Shown here: positions 10,447 through 20,000 of the stretch, piece after piece
How positions within the stretch are numbered: position 1 is the stretch's first letter
Layout of the letters: the number at the start of each line of letters is the position of its first letter
DNA from: Folioceros fuciformis
Lineage: Eukaryota
Assembly (NCBI GenBank): GCA_049999805.1
Contig: JBNGIO010006371.1
Location: forward strand, 372,049-392,048
Reading direction: 5' to 3'
Length of the DNA: 20,000 nt
Program-made: the position numbers and the translations under genes
The notes under the pieces: model-generated
Seen by the model: only the letters and a program-made list of their open reading frames with translations
Told to the model about the DNA's origin: nothing
Databases searched by the model: none

Positions 10447-11958
10447 CTGCTGGCAGCTGAAGCAGCCGCCCAGCGGGCCCGGCCGTACGTAGGATAGGGC
10501 TCGCATCATACGGTAGCGGGGAGGGAAGATACGTATGTATGTTCCGGGATGGCTGCTAGTCCAGTCTGGATGTGTCAGGGCGCGCATCTCCAAGCCTGCC
10601 CAGGCTGTGCTATGTGCAATGTGCAATGTGCAATGCAGCATGCCCCCCACCCACTCCAGTAGACCAGTCCACGTCTCATCAACCCGCGCACCCAACACAG
10701 CTTCGTAATCGTACTCTCTGCGTCGGGTCCTTGATGACGATTGTGGTGCAATTCGACTGGCGATTCCGAAGGGATAGCAAAATTGTGGTTCCAGAAGATT
10801 TGCTCTTCTTGACTGCTTTGTTATGACACCGAAATAATGGCCTCTTGTTGCTGCTGCAGCGGCAGTAGCAATGACTGCTCTCAGCAGCTTCACGACTCCA
10901 CAGGCATCTTTTCTTCCTAGAGTACCTCTCCCTGCCACCGTCCTGGCGTCTTGCTGCAGACGTCTCTCATGATTCACCGCTTGTCAGTGGTGAGTCGTGA
11001 CTGCTGCGACTCCTGGTGTCACAGTCCCTTGTGCGTCCGTGCCGTTTCCAAGCCCGGGATTTGCGTGCACTGCCCTCCTTTCTCCATCCACTTCCTGTAC
11101 ATAACATGTACAGTGCACACCACCCTAATGCAGAGCAGGCATGGACATGTTCCTTCCTTGGCTGTGGGTGGGTGGGGGGGCGGGCCTGGGCTGGGCTTGG
11201 TTCGGCCGCTTTGAGACCCTTCTCCTTGCCACTTATCCTGGATGGACGTGAGAGCAATGCTCGGACGGTGCGTTTTGCGGTGTGGCAACTCTTACTGCTA
11301 TGCCTGTGTAGCCAGTACTGCGGGCAACACTTATTGTGATACGGGCACTGCTCTCTGCGATGTGGGCACAGCTTATTCTTTGTCATGTGGCCAATTCCTT
11401 CTACTGGGAGACACCGGTGGGCTGCATGTCGACATGGCCAACCTCTGGTAGGGTCTGAGAGTTGATGTTCACTGTTCTAAAAAAGGATGGTGAGACCCGC
11501 AAATCTTTCCCTCCAGGGCAGGCAGATGCGAGAATGTGGAACCGTTCGCTTGTCGCAAGCGGAGAGGAGACAAGCAACGAACTGGCAGTGGTGGACCATG
11601 GTCAGCTCGTGTGAGTCTCGTCACACCTACTCCTGCTCTTTTATTGCTCGCGTATCGCAGTCCACAGCTGCTGCTTCACGAATCACATCCCACTTTTCGC
11701 GGCTAATGGGGACTGGACGGGGAGGGCCCTGCTCTGTAGAGGCTTGAACCCTCAGACGAACGGAATAGGGCTTCTTCCGGCTTCCACCCCATTCGTCAAG
11801 ACAGGATACCGGTACACACAACTGCAGTTAGCGTTGGTGTCAGGAGCCAGGAGCCAGGACCCCGCCCTCCTTGGATTCCGCGAGGAAAGCGAAAAAGCCA
11901 GGATAGGCACAGCAGCGGGATTAGCGTCCCTGGTTCCCGCGTCCTGCCTGCTCGACTG

Positions 11959-12012
11959 GCCAGTGCCAGAGCCAGAGCCAGAGCCAGAGCCTGAGCCAGA
12001 GCCAGGGCCAGA
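11959..12012. repeat. (GCCAGA)9 imperfect hexanucleotide microsatellite
   Basis: Nine hexamer units read directly. They explain the PEPEPE / LALALA ORF artefacts. Confidence 0.9.
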
Positions 12013-12691
12013 ACCTGTACTAGTCTAGTGCCTGCCACCATAGTGTCTGGCTCTGTGATGGGATTCGCACTGCACGCGGACCTGCTCCTGCTCGGCTCAC
12101 AAACCAGTCATCACATTTTCCTTTCCAGGCCATTCTTGTACCGTCTTCTGTACACTACAAGCCTTCCTGAAGTTTTCCAAGTTTTCCATTACCAGAAGCT
12201 CCCCTTGCTTGTCCAACACCTTCCCTTACCTCTCCAACGCCTATTGCCGCTATTGCCCTTTTTGGCTTACTCATCGCCAACATGTGTGAAGTGGGATCCT
12301 ATTAAAGACCTCCTCCCTCTTCCATTTTAATTACATTTTAAATGATACTTTTTTATTTAGCAACCTTATTTTTTCATGAAAAAACTCTTTAACCTTCTTA
12401 ACCACAAACACTACAAAGTGCAAAGCCTCTTCTTTACTTGAGAAACACAAGCTTGAAACCCATCTACCTCGAAAGAGCTAAGTGAAGACATCTAAGGTCG
12501 TCCAATCACTAGGGGCTAGCTGAGAAAACCCTTGAGTCTAGTATAGACAACATAATATAATAAAGACCAATATTAGATTGAGAAAATTAGAATTAGATTC
12601 TAAGTTTTTTCATTTACTTATTTAAGAAAGTTTTCTTTTAATATAAATATGAGTTAGCTCTTCATTGATTCCCATTCGCACTACTCGGATT

Positions 12692-12791
12692 NNNNNNNNN
12701 NNNNNNNNNNNNNNNNNNNNNNNNNNNNNNNNNNNNNNNNNNNNNNNNNNNNNNNNNNNNNNNNNNNNNNNNNNNNNNNNNNNNNNNNNNN
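12692..12791. other. Assembly gap (100 N, probably a placeholder size)
   Basis: A run of exactly 100 N directly abuts a tandem array. Confidence 0.97.
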
Positions 12792-13168
12792 GCAAGGACT
12801 TTCTACATTTCTTGCTCCAAGCTTTCTGACCCTCTACACGCAAGGACTTTCTACATTTCTTGCTCCAAGCTTTCTGACCCTCTACACGCAAGGACTTTCT
12901 ACATTTCTTGCTCCAAGCTTTCTGACCCTCTACACGCAAGGACTTTCTACATTTCTTGCTCCAAGCTTTCTGACCCTCTACATGCAAGGACTTTCTATAT
13001 TTCTTAGTCCAAGCTTTTTGACCCTCTACGCACAAGGACTTTCTACTTTTCATCGTCCAAGCTTTCTAATCCTCTAGGTGCAAGGACTTTCTAGTTTTCT
13101 CGGTCCAAGCTTTCTGACCCTCTAGGCATAAGGACTTTCTAGTTTTCTCGGTCCAAGCTTTCTCACCC
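12792..13168. repeat. Tandem minisatellite, 48-bp unit, about 8 visible copies, truncated by the LTR on the right and by the gap on the left
   Basis: Unit is caaggactttctacatttcttgctccaagctttctgaccctctacacg. Starts at 12793, 12841, 12889, 12937, 12985, 13033, 13081 and 13129. Confidence 0.95.
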
Positions 13169-13370
13169 TGTTAGAAATAGCAATTATGTCTAATCTAGAA
13201 GCATGCTTATCTTGGGTGCCCTAATAGCTTAGGGTTATCTATATAAGACACCTTTTTACATTTTAATATACACTTCTTATTTTATTCAATATCTTGTGCT
13301 CATGCTTTGGCTCGTATGTCCACAATGTCAAGCTTTCTTGACATATTGCCAGCTCTCTATATTCTTGTTA
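13169..13370 (+). repeat. 5' LTR (202 bp)
   Basis: Starts TGTTAGAAATAG and ends ...ctatattcttgtTA immediately before the PBS. TATA-like ctatataag at about 13239-13247. Four substitutions versus the 3' LTR by manual comparison. Confidence 0.93.
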
Positions 13371-13381
13371 TGGTATCAGAG
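13371..13381 (+). promoter_or_regulatory. Primer binding site, initiator tRNA-Met
   Basis: TGGTATCAGAG directly after the 5' LTR is complementary to the 3' end of plant tRNA-iMet (canonical TGGTATCAGAGC). Confidence 0.92.
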
Positions 13382-14220
13382 TGATTATGCTGGTGATTAT
13401 GCTTTGATTTGCAATGCCGAGAAACAGAGCAAATTGTGGAGTGGGTGGTAGAGGAGGTTCTTCCAAGACCTTCTGTAGACTTGCTTTCCTCAATCCAAAC
13501 TTGTGCATTCCAACCAGCATTCCGTGGACTGGTGCTGATACGAAGACTGAACGTGACTCTTTGGTCTTGGAAAATTATTATCTGACCAAGGGTCGAAATA
13601 ATTCTCATCAGAAATTAGACACAATTGGCGCAGTTTTTCCTCGTTGCAATTGTGAGCGTTTTTTCAAAAAGAATCACGTGCAGTCAAGCCACAAATTAAT
13701 AGGCCGTTCTCAGCACCATGAGCTATTTGTTCGAGAGTCAACACATCTGTGAATAACTCATCAAATTTTGAATCAGAGTTTCGTGTTCTGGAAGGAACTC
13801 TAAAGGCAGTCATCCAACAACAGGAATCTTTTTCAAAGCGTTGATTCAGGCGCTTTTTCATGGTTCATCCATGTTTTTCCCTTTCGTCCCCTGCTTTTGC
13901 TGGCCACACACAGGCAGTTATAACCGTCTGTCCGTTGAATCATCAATGCCCTAGGAACGATGTCAGCAGATTCAGTTAGTTTCCCTTTTCTGCTGAAATA
14001 TTTAAGTTAAACCCTAAAAAATATTTTCTTGACCTAACTGTTTCCCCTTATTTCTGCGGTGGTGATCTTTTCTTTTTGTATGTCCACTAGGGACCATCTA
14101 CTGAATTTTCCCTTATCACCATACATACGTCATAGACAATTATTTCATAATAGTCCCCCTGGTACTCCTCCCCCCTCACCAACAGATCCTTTCCCTTTAC
14201 CCACTACTCCACCTGTCAAT

Positions 14221-17200
14221 ATGGGAACGGTCACATCTCCTTCCTTTACAATAGATTTGAAAGGGACTGACAGATTTAATGGGAAGAATTTTGAGGTATG
14301 GCGAGTACGCATGCAGACTACCTTGAGTGCACGAGCAGTTTGGACAGTTACAGATGGCACATATCCGAAACCTATCCTACCAGTTGCTGGAGTTATCACC
14401 ATTACAGGAACGTCTGTTACACAGGCTGATGTAGATAAGTGGAACCAATTGAACAGTATAGCTGTTGCAATTATTATCCACGGCATCGATGAGGTGCTCA
14501 TACCTGATGTGGAGTTCCTTACAAAAGCACACGAAATCTGGAGTCAGCTCACAGACACTTATGCCGTTAAGACCATGATGACTAAGTGCACTGTCAAGCA
14601 AGAATTCTATACTTCGAAGATGCGAGAGGGTGATAGTGTGGCTGCCCACACTAGTAAATTTCGTCACCTTCGCTCTCGCCTTGCACAGTTGAATTCGACC
14701 ATTTCTGAAGAGAACGCAGTTGCTCATCTTCTGCTCACTCTTCCACCCTCCTATCAGACTTTCGTCTCCCTTCAGAATGGGCCACTTGCACAGGCACGTC
14801 AGACACCAGCCGCTGGTCAACCTGGCCATTATTCGCTGGACGCAGTCATTGCTGCCTTATATGAAGAAGAGCAAACTCGTCAACGACATGCAGGTTCTGG
14901 CTCAAGCAAGATACGAACTGACAGGGTTCTATATACTTCCCGGAATTCGCGTGGAGGTTCTGGGAGAGGGCGTGGTAGAGGTGGAGGTCGACCTCCTTCT
15001 CAACAAGGGCGTCAGCAAACCTCCACTAGCTCCTCCTCTACTAAAAGACCTGGTAACTGCAATTGGTGCCATGTTCCTGGCCATTGGGAGAGGGACTGCC
15101 GACGCAAGAAGGCTGGCGAGCCCCGTCGTCCAAAGCCAGAGGTTAATACTGTAGCAAAGGAAAGACCTTCGGGAGAAGGAAGTAAGGCTGTGGTGAAGAT
15201 TTTCACCATTTGTTTATCATCTTCTTCGAGTGATCCTGGCAGTTGGTATCTCGACTCCGGTGCCACTGCACATATATGCAAAGATAAGCGTTTGTTTCGC
15301 AGTTATCAGGAGCTTTCCCATTCAAATCAAGCAGTCCTGCTTGGAGATGAAAAGAAATCGACAAGTCTGCCAATAAAAGGATATGGTACTTGCCGTTTTA
15401 AAATGACTGACAATTCAGTTCTACATGTTCTAGGAGTCCTTTTTGTACCTGGAATGGCAAAGAATCTTCTTTCTGTGAGGCTCCTCGCCACCCAGCATAA
15501 TCTGGAGTTTCGATTCTTCGGCACAATGTGCGAAGTCTTCAGAAGAGCTTCCAGCACACAAGGCATTGGTCGAGGCATTCCTGACTCTGATTTATATCGC
15601 TTGGATGTTATCTATGAGGTGCCTACTACATCTGATATACCTGTAGTCACAGCCTCAACTCCAACTCATCTGCCTACCACTGACCAAGCCAAACTTTGGC
15701 ATGCCCGCCTTGGGCATGTTAACAAGAATGTTTTGATTAAGATATCATCGGAAGATTGCTATGCAGAACCACTGCCATCCTGTTTCAAGGATTTACCTAT
15801 CTGCGAGGCTTGCTTACTTGCTAAACAACGGGAGAAGCCCTTCTCACATGCTGGTTTTCGTACCTCCTCAGTACTTGATTTAGTGCATGCTGATATTTCC
15901 AGCAAGCTGCAGACAAGGTCGATTGGTGGCTCCCTTTATTACCTGACAATAACAGACGACTTTAGTCGTTATACTTGGACATATCCCATGGCAAGGAAAA
16001 ATGATACATTTACCTGTTTTCAAGAGTGGCTTTCTATGGCAGAGAGACAGTCAGGCCATCGCCTCAAGTGTATTCGCTCCGACAACGGAACAGAATTTTG
16101 CAATGACATTTTTTATCAGTTTCTTCAGGATCATGGTATCATTCGCCAACTCACTATTCCCTACACGCCGCAGCAAAACGGCGTCGCAGAGCATAAAAAC
16201 CAGACTCTTATGGGAATGACTCGCAGTATGCTGAACTGGGCAAATGTACCTGGCAAATTCTGGGCAGAGTCTATTATATCACCTCCACGTATATCCTCAA
16301 TCGACTCCTCACTACTTCACTTCAAGGGAAGACTCCTTTTGAGATGTTCTGGGGCCGGAAACCAAGTGTCCTTCATTTTAGAGTCTTTGGTTCCCCTGCG
16401 TTTGCTTATATACCCTCAGCTAAACATAAGAAGCTAGATGATAGATCAAGAGCCTTGTTGTTTATGGGATATAGTGAGGAATCTAAGCATATAAATTAAT
16501 TGACCCACTTACCTTTGCTCCAGTGCTAGCTCGTAGTGTTGTGTTTAAAGAGCTTATTTCCCTTGCCTCTTCAAGCCCTACTGGTATTCATGCCGATTCT
16601 GAATCGTCTGATGAAGAGGAGGTAATCTCTTCAGATTTGCTTGCCTTTGATTCACAACCTGCACACTACCCACAAGGAACCCCCGTTGCCGAAATCCCAG
16701 CTCCTGTCCAGGTCGATCAAGTTCCTAATCCTGATCCTGTTCTCGACCCTGCCCCTGATTCTCCGTCTGCTGTATAGTGCCCACATGTTGAGACAGCCCC
16801 TGAACAAGTTCATGAAGAACATGCAGAACTTGCTAATGAGCATAACCTTGACCCTGTGTTTTCTCTGCCCCCTCCTGATGCAGAGGAGGCTCCTGAATCT
16901 CCCCCTCCTATCCAGCGTCGATATCCTTCCCGAATTCGACTTCCTCCTTCTCAGTGGTCCGAACCACCCTATACTTCTCATGATTTTCATCCTTCCGCAC
17001 TTGCTACAACATCTGCAGCCCCTGGCAGCACTCCTTTTCACCTTGATCCAGTGTCCATGGATGAAGCCTATTCTGGCCCAGATGCCGACCATTGGAAAGC
17101 TGCAGTAGAAGAGGAATATCATTCGATTATTAAAAATAACACCTGGGAACTTACAGACTTACCACTTGGTCGGAAGACAGTGAGCTGCAAATGGGTCTTT

Positions 17201-18655
17201 AAGACCAAACTTAATCAAGACGGAGAGATCGCTCTGTATAAGGCCCGACTCTGTGCCCATGGTTTTAGTCAGGTCCCTGGGCTTGATTACCAGGAGACAT
17301 TTTCGCCTGTCGTCAGAGCACAGTCGATTAGAATCATTTTGGCTATTGCTGCGGAGTTGGACTTACAGCTACAGCAAATGGATGTCCGCACCGCATTTTT
17401 ACATGGCAAAATCGAGGAAGAGATTTATATGGAGCAACCTCAAGGCTACATCAACAAACAGTGGCCAAATAAAGTGCTCAGATTGTTGAAGGCTCTTTAT
17501 GGTCTCAAACAGAGCACCATGCTATGGAACAAGTGGCTAGATACTCATCTGAAGAAGCTTGCTTTTGTCCAAAGCGCAGCAGACTCCTCTGTTTATTACT
17601 ATGTTGTGGGATCATCCTTCTACATCCTCGCTATTTATGTTGATGACTGTATATTTGCCTGCACTGATTCAGACATGTTAAATAAAGTAAAAAATATGCT
17701 TAGTACAGGGTTCGAAATGAAGGACGTTGGCGAACTAAAGTTTTGCCTAGGAGTTCAGGTTCTTCGCCGTAGAGATTCAGGCTTGATAGTCATTCATCAG
17801 AAGAAGTACTTATCTGAAATTCTGAGGCGTTTCCAGCTTGATCAGGCTCGTCCCGTATCCACTCCAGGCTCTGTGGGAGTCAAGCTCACAACTGATTAGT
17901 GTGCAGTCACAAAAGAAGAAATTGTTGATATGGCAAACATCCCATACAGACATGCAGTAGGCTGTCTTATCTTCATCTCAAATTGGACACGGCCGGATAT
18001 AGCTTTCGCTGTCAGCTCAGTATCACAGTTCTTAGAAAAGCCAGGACGAGTGCATTGGGCTGCGGTTAAACGAATTTATCGTTACCTTAAGGGCACGCAG
18101 AATTATGGCCTTTTCTATCAAGCTGGTTTACCATCCGGACTTGTTCTATCGGCATACACGGATGCAGATTGGGCATCAGACTCTGACTCTCGGAAGATTT
18201 TATCAACTTATTGTTTTCTTCTTGCTGGTGGTGCTGTAAACTGGTCATGTAAAAAACAAACATCCATAGCCCTGTCATCAACAGAAGCTGAGTATATTTC
18301 TCTCACCGATTCAGGTAAAGAGGCTGAGTGGGAGAGGGCTTACCTTAAGGACCTTCACTTTGAGCAGCTGAATCCAACAGTCCTTCATTGTGACAACAGC
18401 TCCGCCATATCATTGGCTGCCAATCCACGTTTTCATGCAAGAACGAAACACTTCGAGATTAAGCATCATTATATTCGTGACACAGTATCAAGAGGAGTTA
18501 TTAAGATTGCTTATGTGCCTACAGCTAATAACACTGCTGACATTTTGACAAAGCCTTTACCGAAAGGGAAACATGCTTTTCACATGGAATCCTTGGGACT
18601 CAAGGATTTCCGCTATCTGCTATGGAGGACTGGCTGTAGAAACTCTGACCTTTGA
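14221..18655 (+). pseudogene. Copia gag-pol polyprotein, disrupted by 2 frameshifts and 2 in-frame stops
   Basis: Gag FNGKNFEVW, zinc knuckle CNWCHVPGHWERDC, protease WYLDSGATAH, LWHARLGH...CEAC, integrase HADI/RSDNGTEF/PQQNGVAE, RT KARLCAHGF...QMDVRTAFL...LYGLKQ...YVDD, RNase H TDADW...EAEY...DNSSA...ADILTKPL. Lesions: extra AT at about 16276-16277, 1-nt deletion at about 16488, TAG 16775-16777, TAG 17897-17899. The start codon is uncertain (the frame is open from 14059). Confidence 0.93.
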
Positions 18656-18880
18656 GGACGTGGGGGGGGTGGAGACCTAAGTCTCCAGATCTTCAAGCTT
18701 TGATAAGTTACAGTTTGTTGGTCACAGCCTGTGCTGACATCCTCCTGCTAGCCCACTCATGTGTCCTGTGACATAGCACCCTAAATTAGGTCAGTATCCA
18801 CACTCAGCTACACCTTCAGACGTTACTAGAAAAGGTTCATGGATGAATCTGCATTTTACTCACCTAATCGTGAGCCTTTT

Positions 18881-19354
18881 TCATGTTTCGTCATTTTGTG
18901 GGAGCTTCTTGCTCTTGCTCGTCCTTTTGCTCAGCGGGTGTTCAATATCCTCCTCCTCGTCCTTAGGCAGCGGTGTTCTCTTTGCTTCCTCCCAAAGCAC
19001 TCTCATCCCCCTGAGGGGATTAGTCGTCTGCCGTAATATCCCTGCTTTTGTGTCTATCTCCTCTTCAAGTTGCGCCTCACGTCTCACAGCTACATGCGCG
19101 GCAATCTCAGCCTCCCAGCCAAACCCTACACCAAACTGTAGCATGCCGAAGGGTTTCTACACTAAAGCCCTTGCAGTTGCAGCTGCAGCAGTGTCAGGCT
19201 TCTTCTCAACTCTTTTCTTCCTTGGTACAGCATCTTCTCCGTAGTTCTCAACTCTGTAGCACCTTAAACTTCTTGTCGCCATTTGCTGCTGCCACAGTAT
19301 GAGAAGGGAGAAGCTTGCTAGGATAATGGCGATTACCGCCAGAAACTGAGACAT
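18881..19354 (-). pseudogene. Putative antisense extra ORF of the copia element (about 157 codons, N-terminal hydrophobic helix), one internal TAG
   Basis: ORFs 19157..19426 and 18881..19144 are in the same frame, separated only by TAG 19159-19157 and KPFG. Protein: MSQFLAVIAIILASFSLLILWQQQ...PRKKRVEKK...ALV*KPFGMLQF...EEEDIEHPLSKRTSKSKKLPQNDET. No recognisable family. Confidence 0.5.
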
Positions 19355-19498
19355 GATTCCGAGCTGCCTCGGCTTTCGCTTGAGCTGCCTGCTCGTAACG
19401 GAGAGGAGGCGGTAACCTGTACACACTCAGCCTAACAGTGCGAGGATGACGAAGATGCCCAGCTTCTCGTTGAGTGAACGTTTATAAGCATACTGTCT

Positions 19499-19512
19499 AG
19501 CTTATGTGGGAG
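19499..19512 (+). promoter_or_regulatory. Degenerate polypurine tract before the 3' LTR
   Basis: agcttatgtgggag immediately precedes the TG of the 3' LTR. It resembles copia agcttgagggggag. Confidence 0.55.
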
Positions 19513-19714
19513 TGTTAGAAATAGCAATTATGTCTAATCTAGAAGCATGCTTATCTTGGGTGCCCTAATAGTTTAGGGTTATCTATATAAGACACCTTTT
19601 TACATTTTAATATACACTTCTTATTTTATTCAATATCTTGTGCTCATGCTTTGGCTCGTGTGTCCACAATGTGAAGCTTTCTTGACATATTGCCAGCTCT
19701 CTATATTTTTGTTA
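19513..19714 (+). repeat. 3' LTR (202 bp)
   Basis: 198/202 identical to 13169-13370 by manual comparison, with no indels. Confidence 0.93.
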
Positions 19715-20000
19715 TCTTGACTTGGATTTTCAAGGAACTGTGAGAGGGAGCTTGTGGCAAAGGCTACCTCAAGACGGGTAGTATTGGCAGCATATATCAA
19801 TTTACCAACAGCTTGCCTATAAGGCACCAATGCCATTTTTCCTTTTTCAACATCTGTCTGAGGTGACATGTCTTTGCTCAACTTCAGACCAGAAGGTAAA
19901 GGTGTTGTAGCTGATTTTGTATCTTTCAGTCCTAACTGTTCTGCACTAGCCAACAAGTATCTTGGTTGTGTTAGAGTGATAACTCTCTTTTTTCTGTTGC
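19715..20000 (-). mobile_element. Fragment of a second, different Ty1/copia element (RT C-terminal part), opposite orientation, continuing beyond the window
   Basis: The minus-strand frame is open from the window edge: NRKKRVITLTQPRYL...ATTPLPSGLKLSKDMSP...VPYRQAVGKLIYAANTTRLEVAFATSSLSQFLENPSQ. It is cut exactly at the 3' LTR end, before the expected HWxAVKR motif, and is clearly divergent from the same region of the + strand element. Confidence 0.88.

Larger units (their letters stand above)
13169..19714 (+). mobile_element. Full-length, disabled Ty1/copia LTR retrotransposon (6546 bp)
   Basis: Two 202-bp LTRs, a PBS, gag-PR-INT-RT-RH domain order (diagnostic for copia) and a purine-rich tract before the 3' LTR. 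Confidence 0.95.

Noticed and set aside
10438-11750. Several 70-180 aa ORFs upstream of the PME
   Set aside because: No recognisable motifs or consistent exon chain. Most likely GC-rich intergenic/promoter DNA.
11744-12041. ORFs with PEPEPE or LALALA tracts
   Set aside because: They are explained by the (GCCAGA)n microsatellite, with no supporting gene structure.
12153-12161. CACTACAAG as a CACTA transposon terminus
   Set aside because: Only 9 bp match, and no matching inverted end or transposase was found in the window.
12622-13053. 143-aa repeat protein ORF (KSLRVEGQKAWSKKCR)n
   Set aside because: It is a translation of the 48-bp array that runs through the N gap. There is no evidence of coding function.
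13325-13344. 8-bp hairpin atgtcaag-cttt-cttgacat in the 5' LTR
   Set aside because: It is short and broken by a substitution in the 3' LTR, so there is insufficient support for function.
16270-16495. Programmed ribosomal frameshift in pol
   Set aside because: The shifts fall inside integrase, lack a slippery heptamer, do not restore the original frame and co-occur with nonsense codons, so they are decay mutations.
18843-19244. Sense-strand env-like ORF (133 aa, Leu/Ser-rich)
   Set aside because: Its composition is what the reverse complement of the Glu/Lys-rich antisense frame produces, and it is much shorter than Sirevirus env-like ORFs. It is not fully excluded without family-level dN/dS.

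Overview
Eukaryotic land-plant nuclear DNA with short GT-AG introns. A non-seed plant is likely, most plausibly a hornwort, judging by the WW-type PG-box of the PPR protein (inference). The left half has three genes. First, a 5'-truncated PLS-class PPR RNA-editing factor (+, to 2075) ending in E1-E2 plus a truncated WW-type DYW start. Second, a complete 6-exon NBR1 selective-autophagy receptor (-, 2701-5600). Third, a complete 5-exon pectin methylesterase without PMEI pro-domain (-, 8532-10139). Between NBR1 and the PME is a decayed repeat zone: a copia integrase relic and a 48-bp tandem array. The right half has a second 48-bp tandem array next to an assembly gap, then a full-length but disabled Ty1/copia LTR retrotransposon (13169-19714; 202-bp LTRs with 4 mismatches, tRNA-iMet PBS). 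That element abuts the RT of a different, oppositely oriented copia element. The most unusual features all concern this copia element. It has an extra ~860-bp 3' region carrying an antisense ORF with a predicted transmembrane segment and its own TATA-like box, a second PPT-like tract right after pol, non-canonical TG...TA LTR ends, and flanks that do not match (no TSD).
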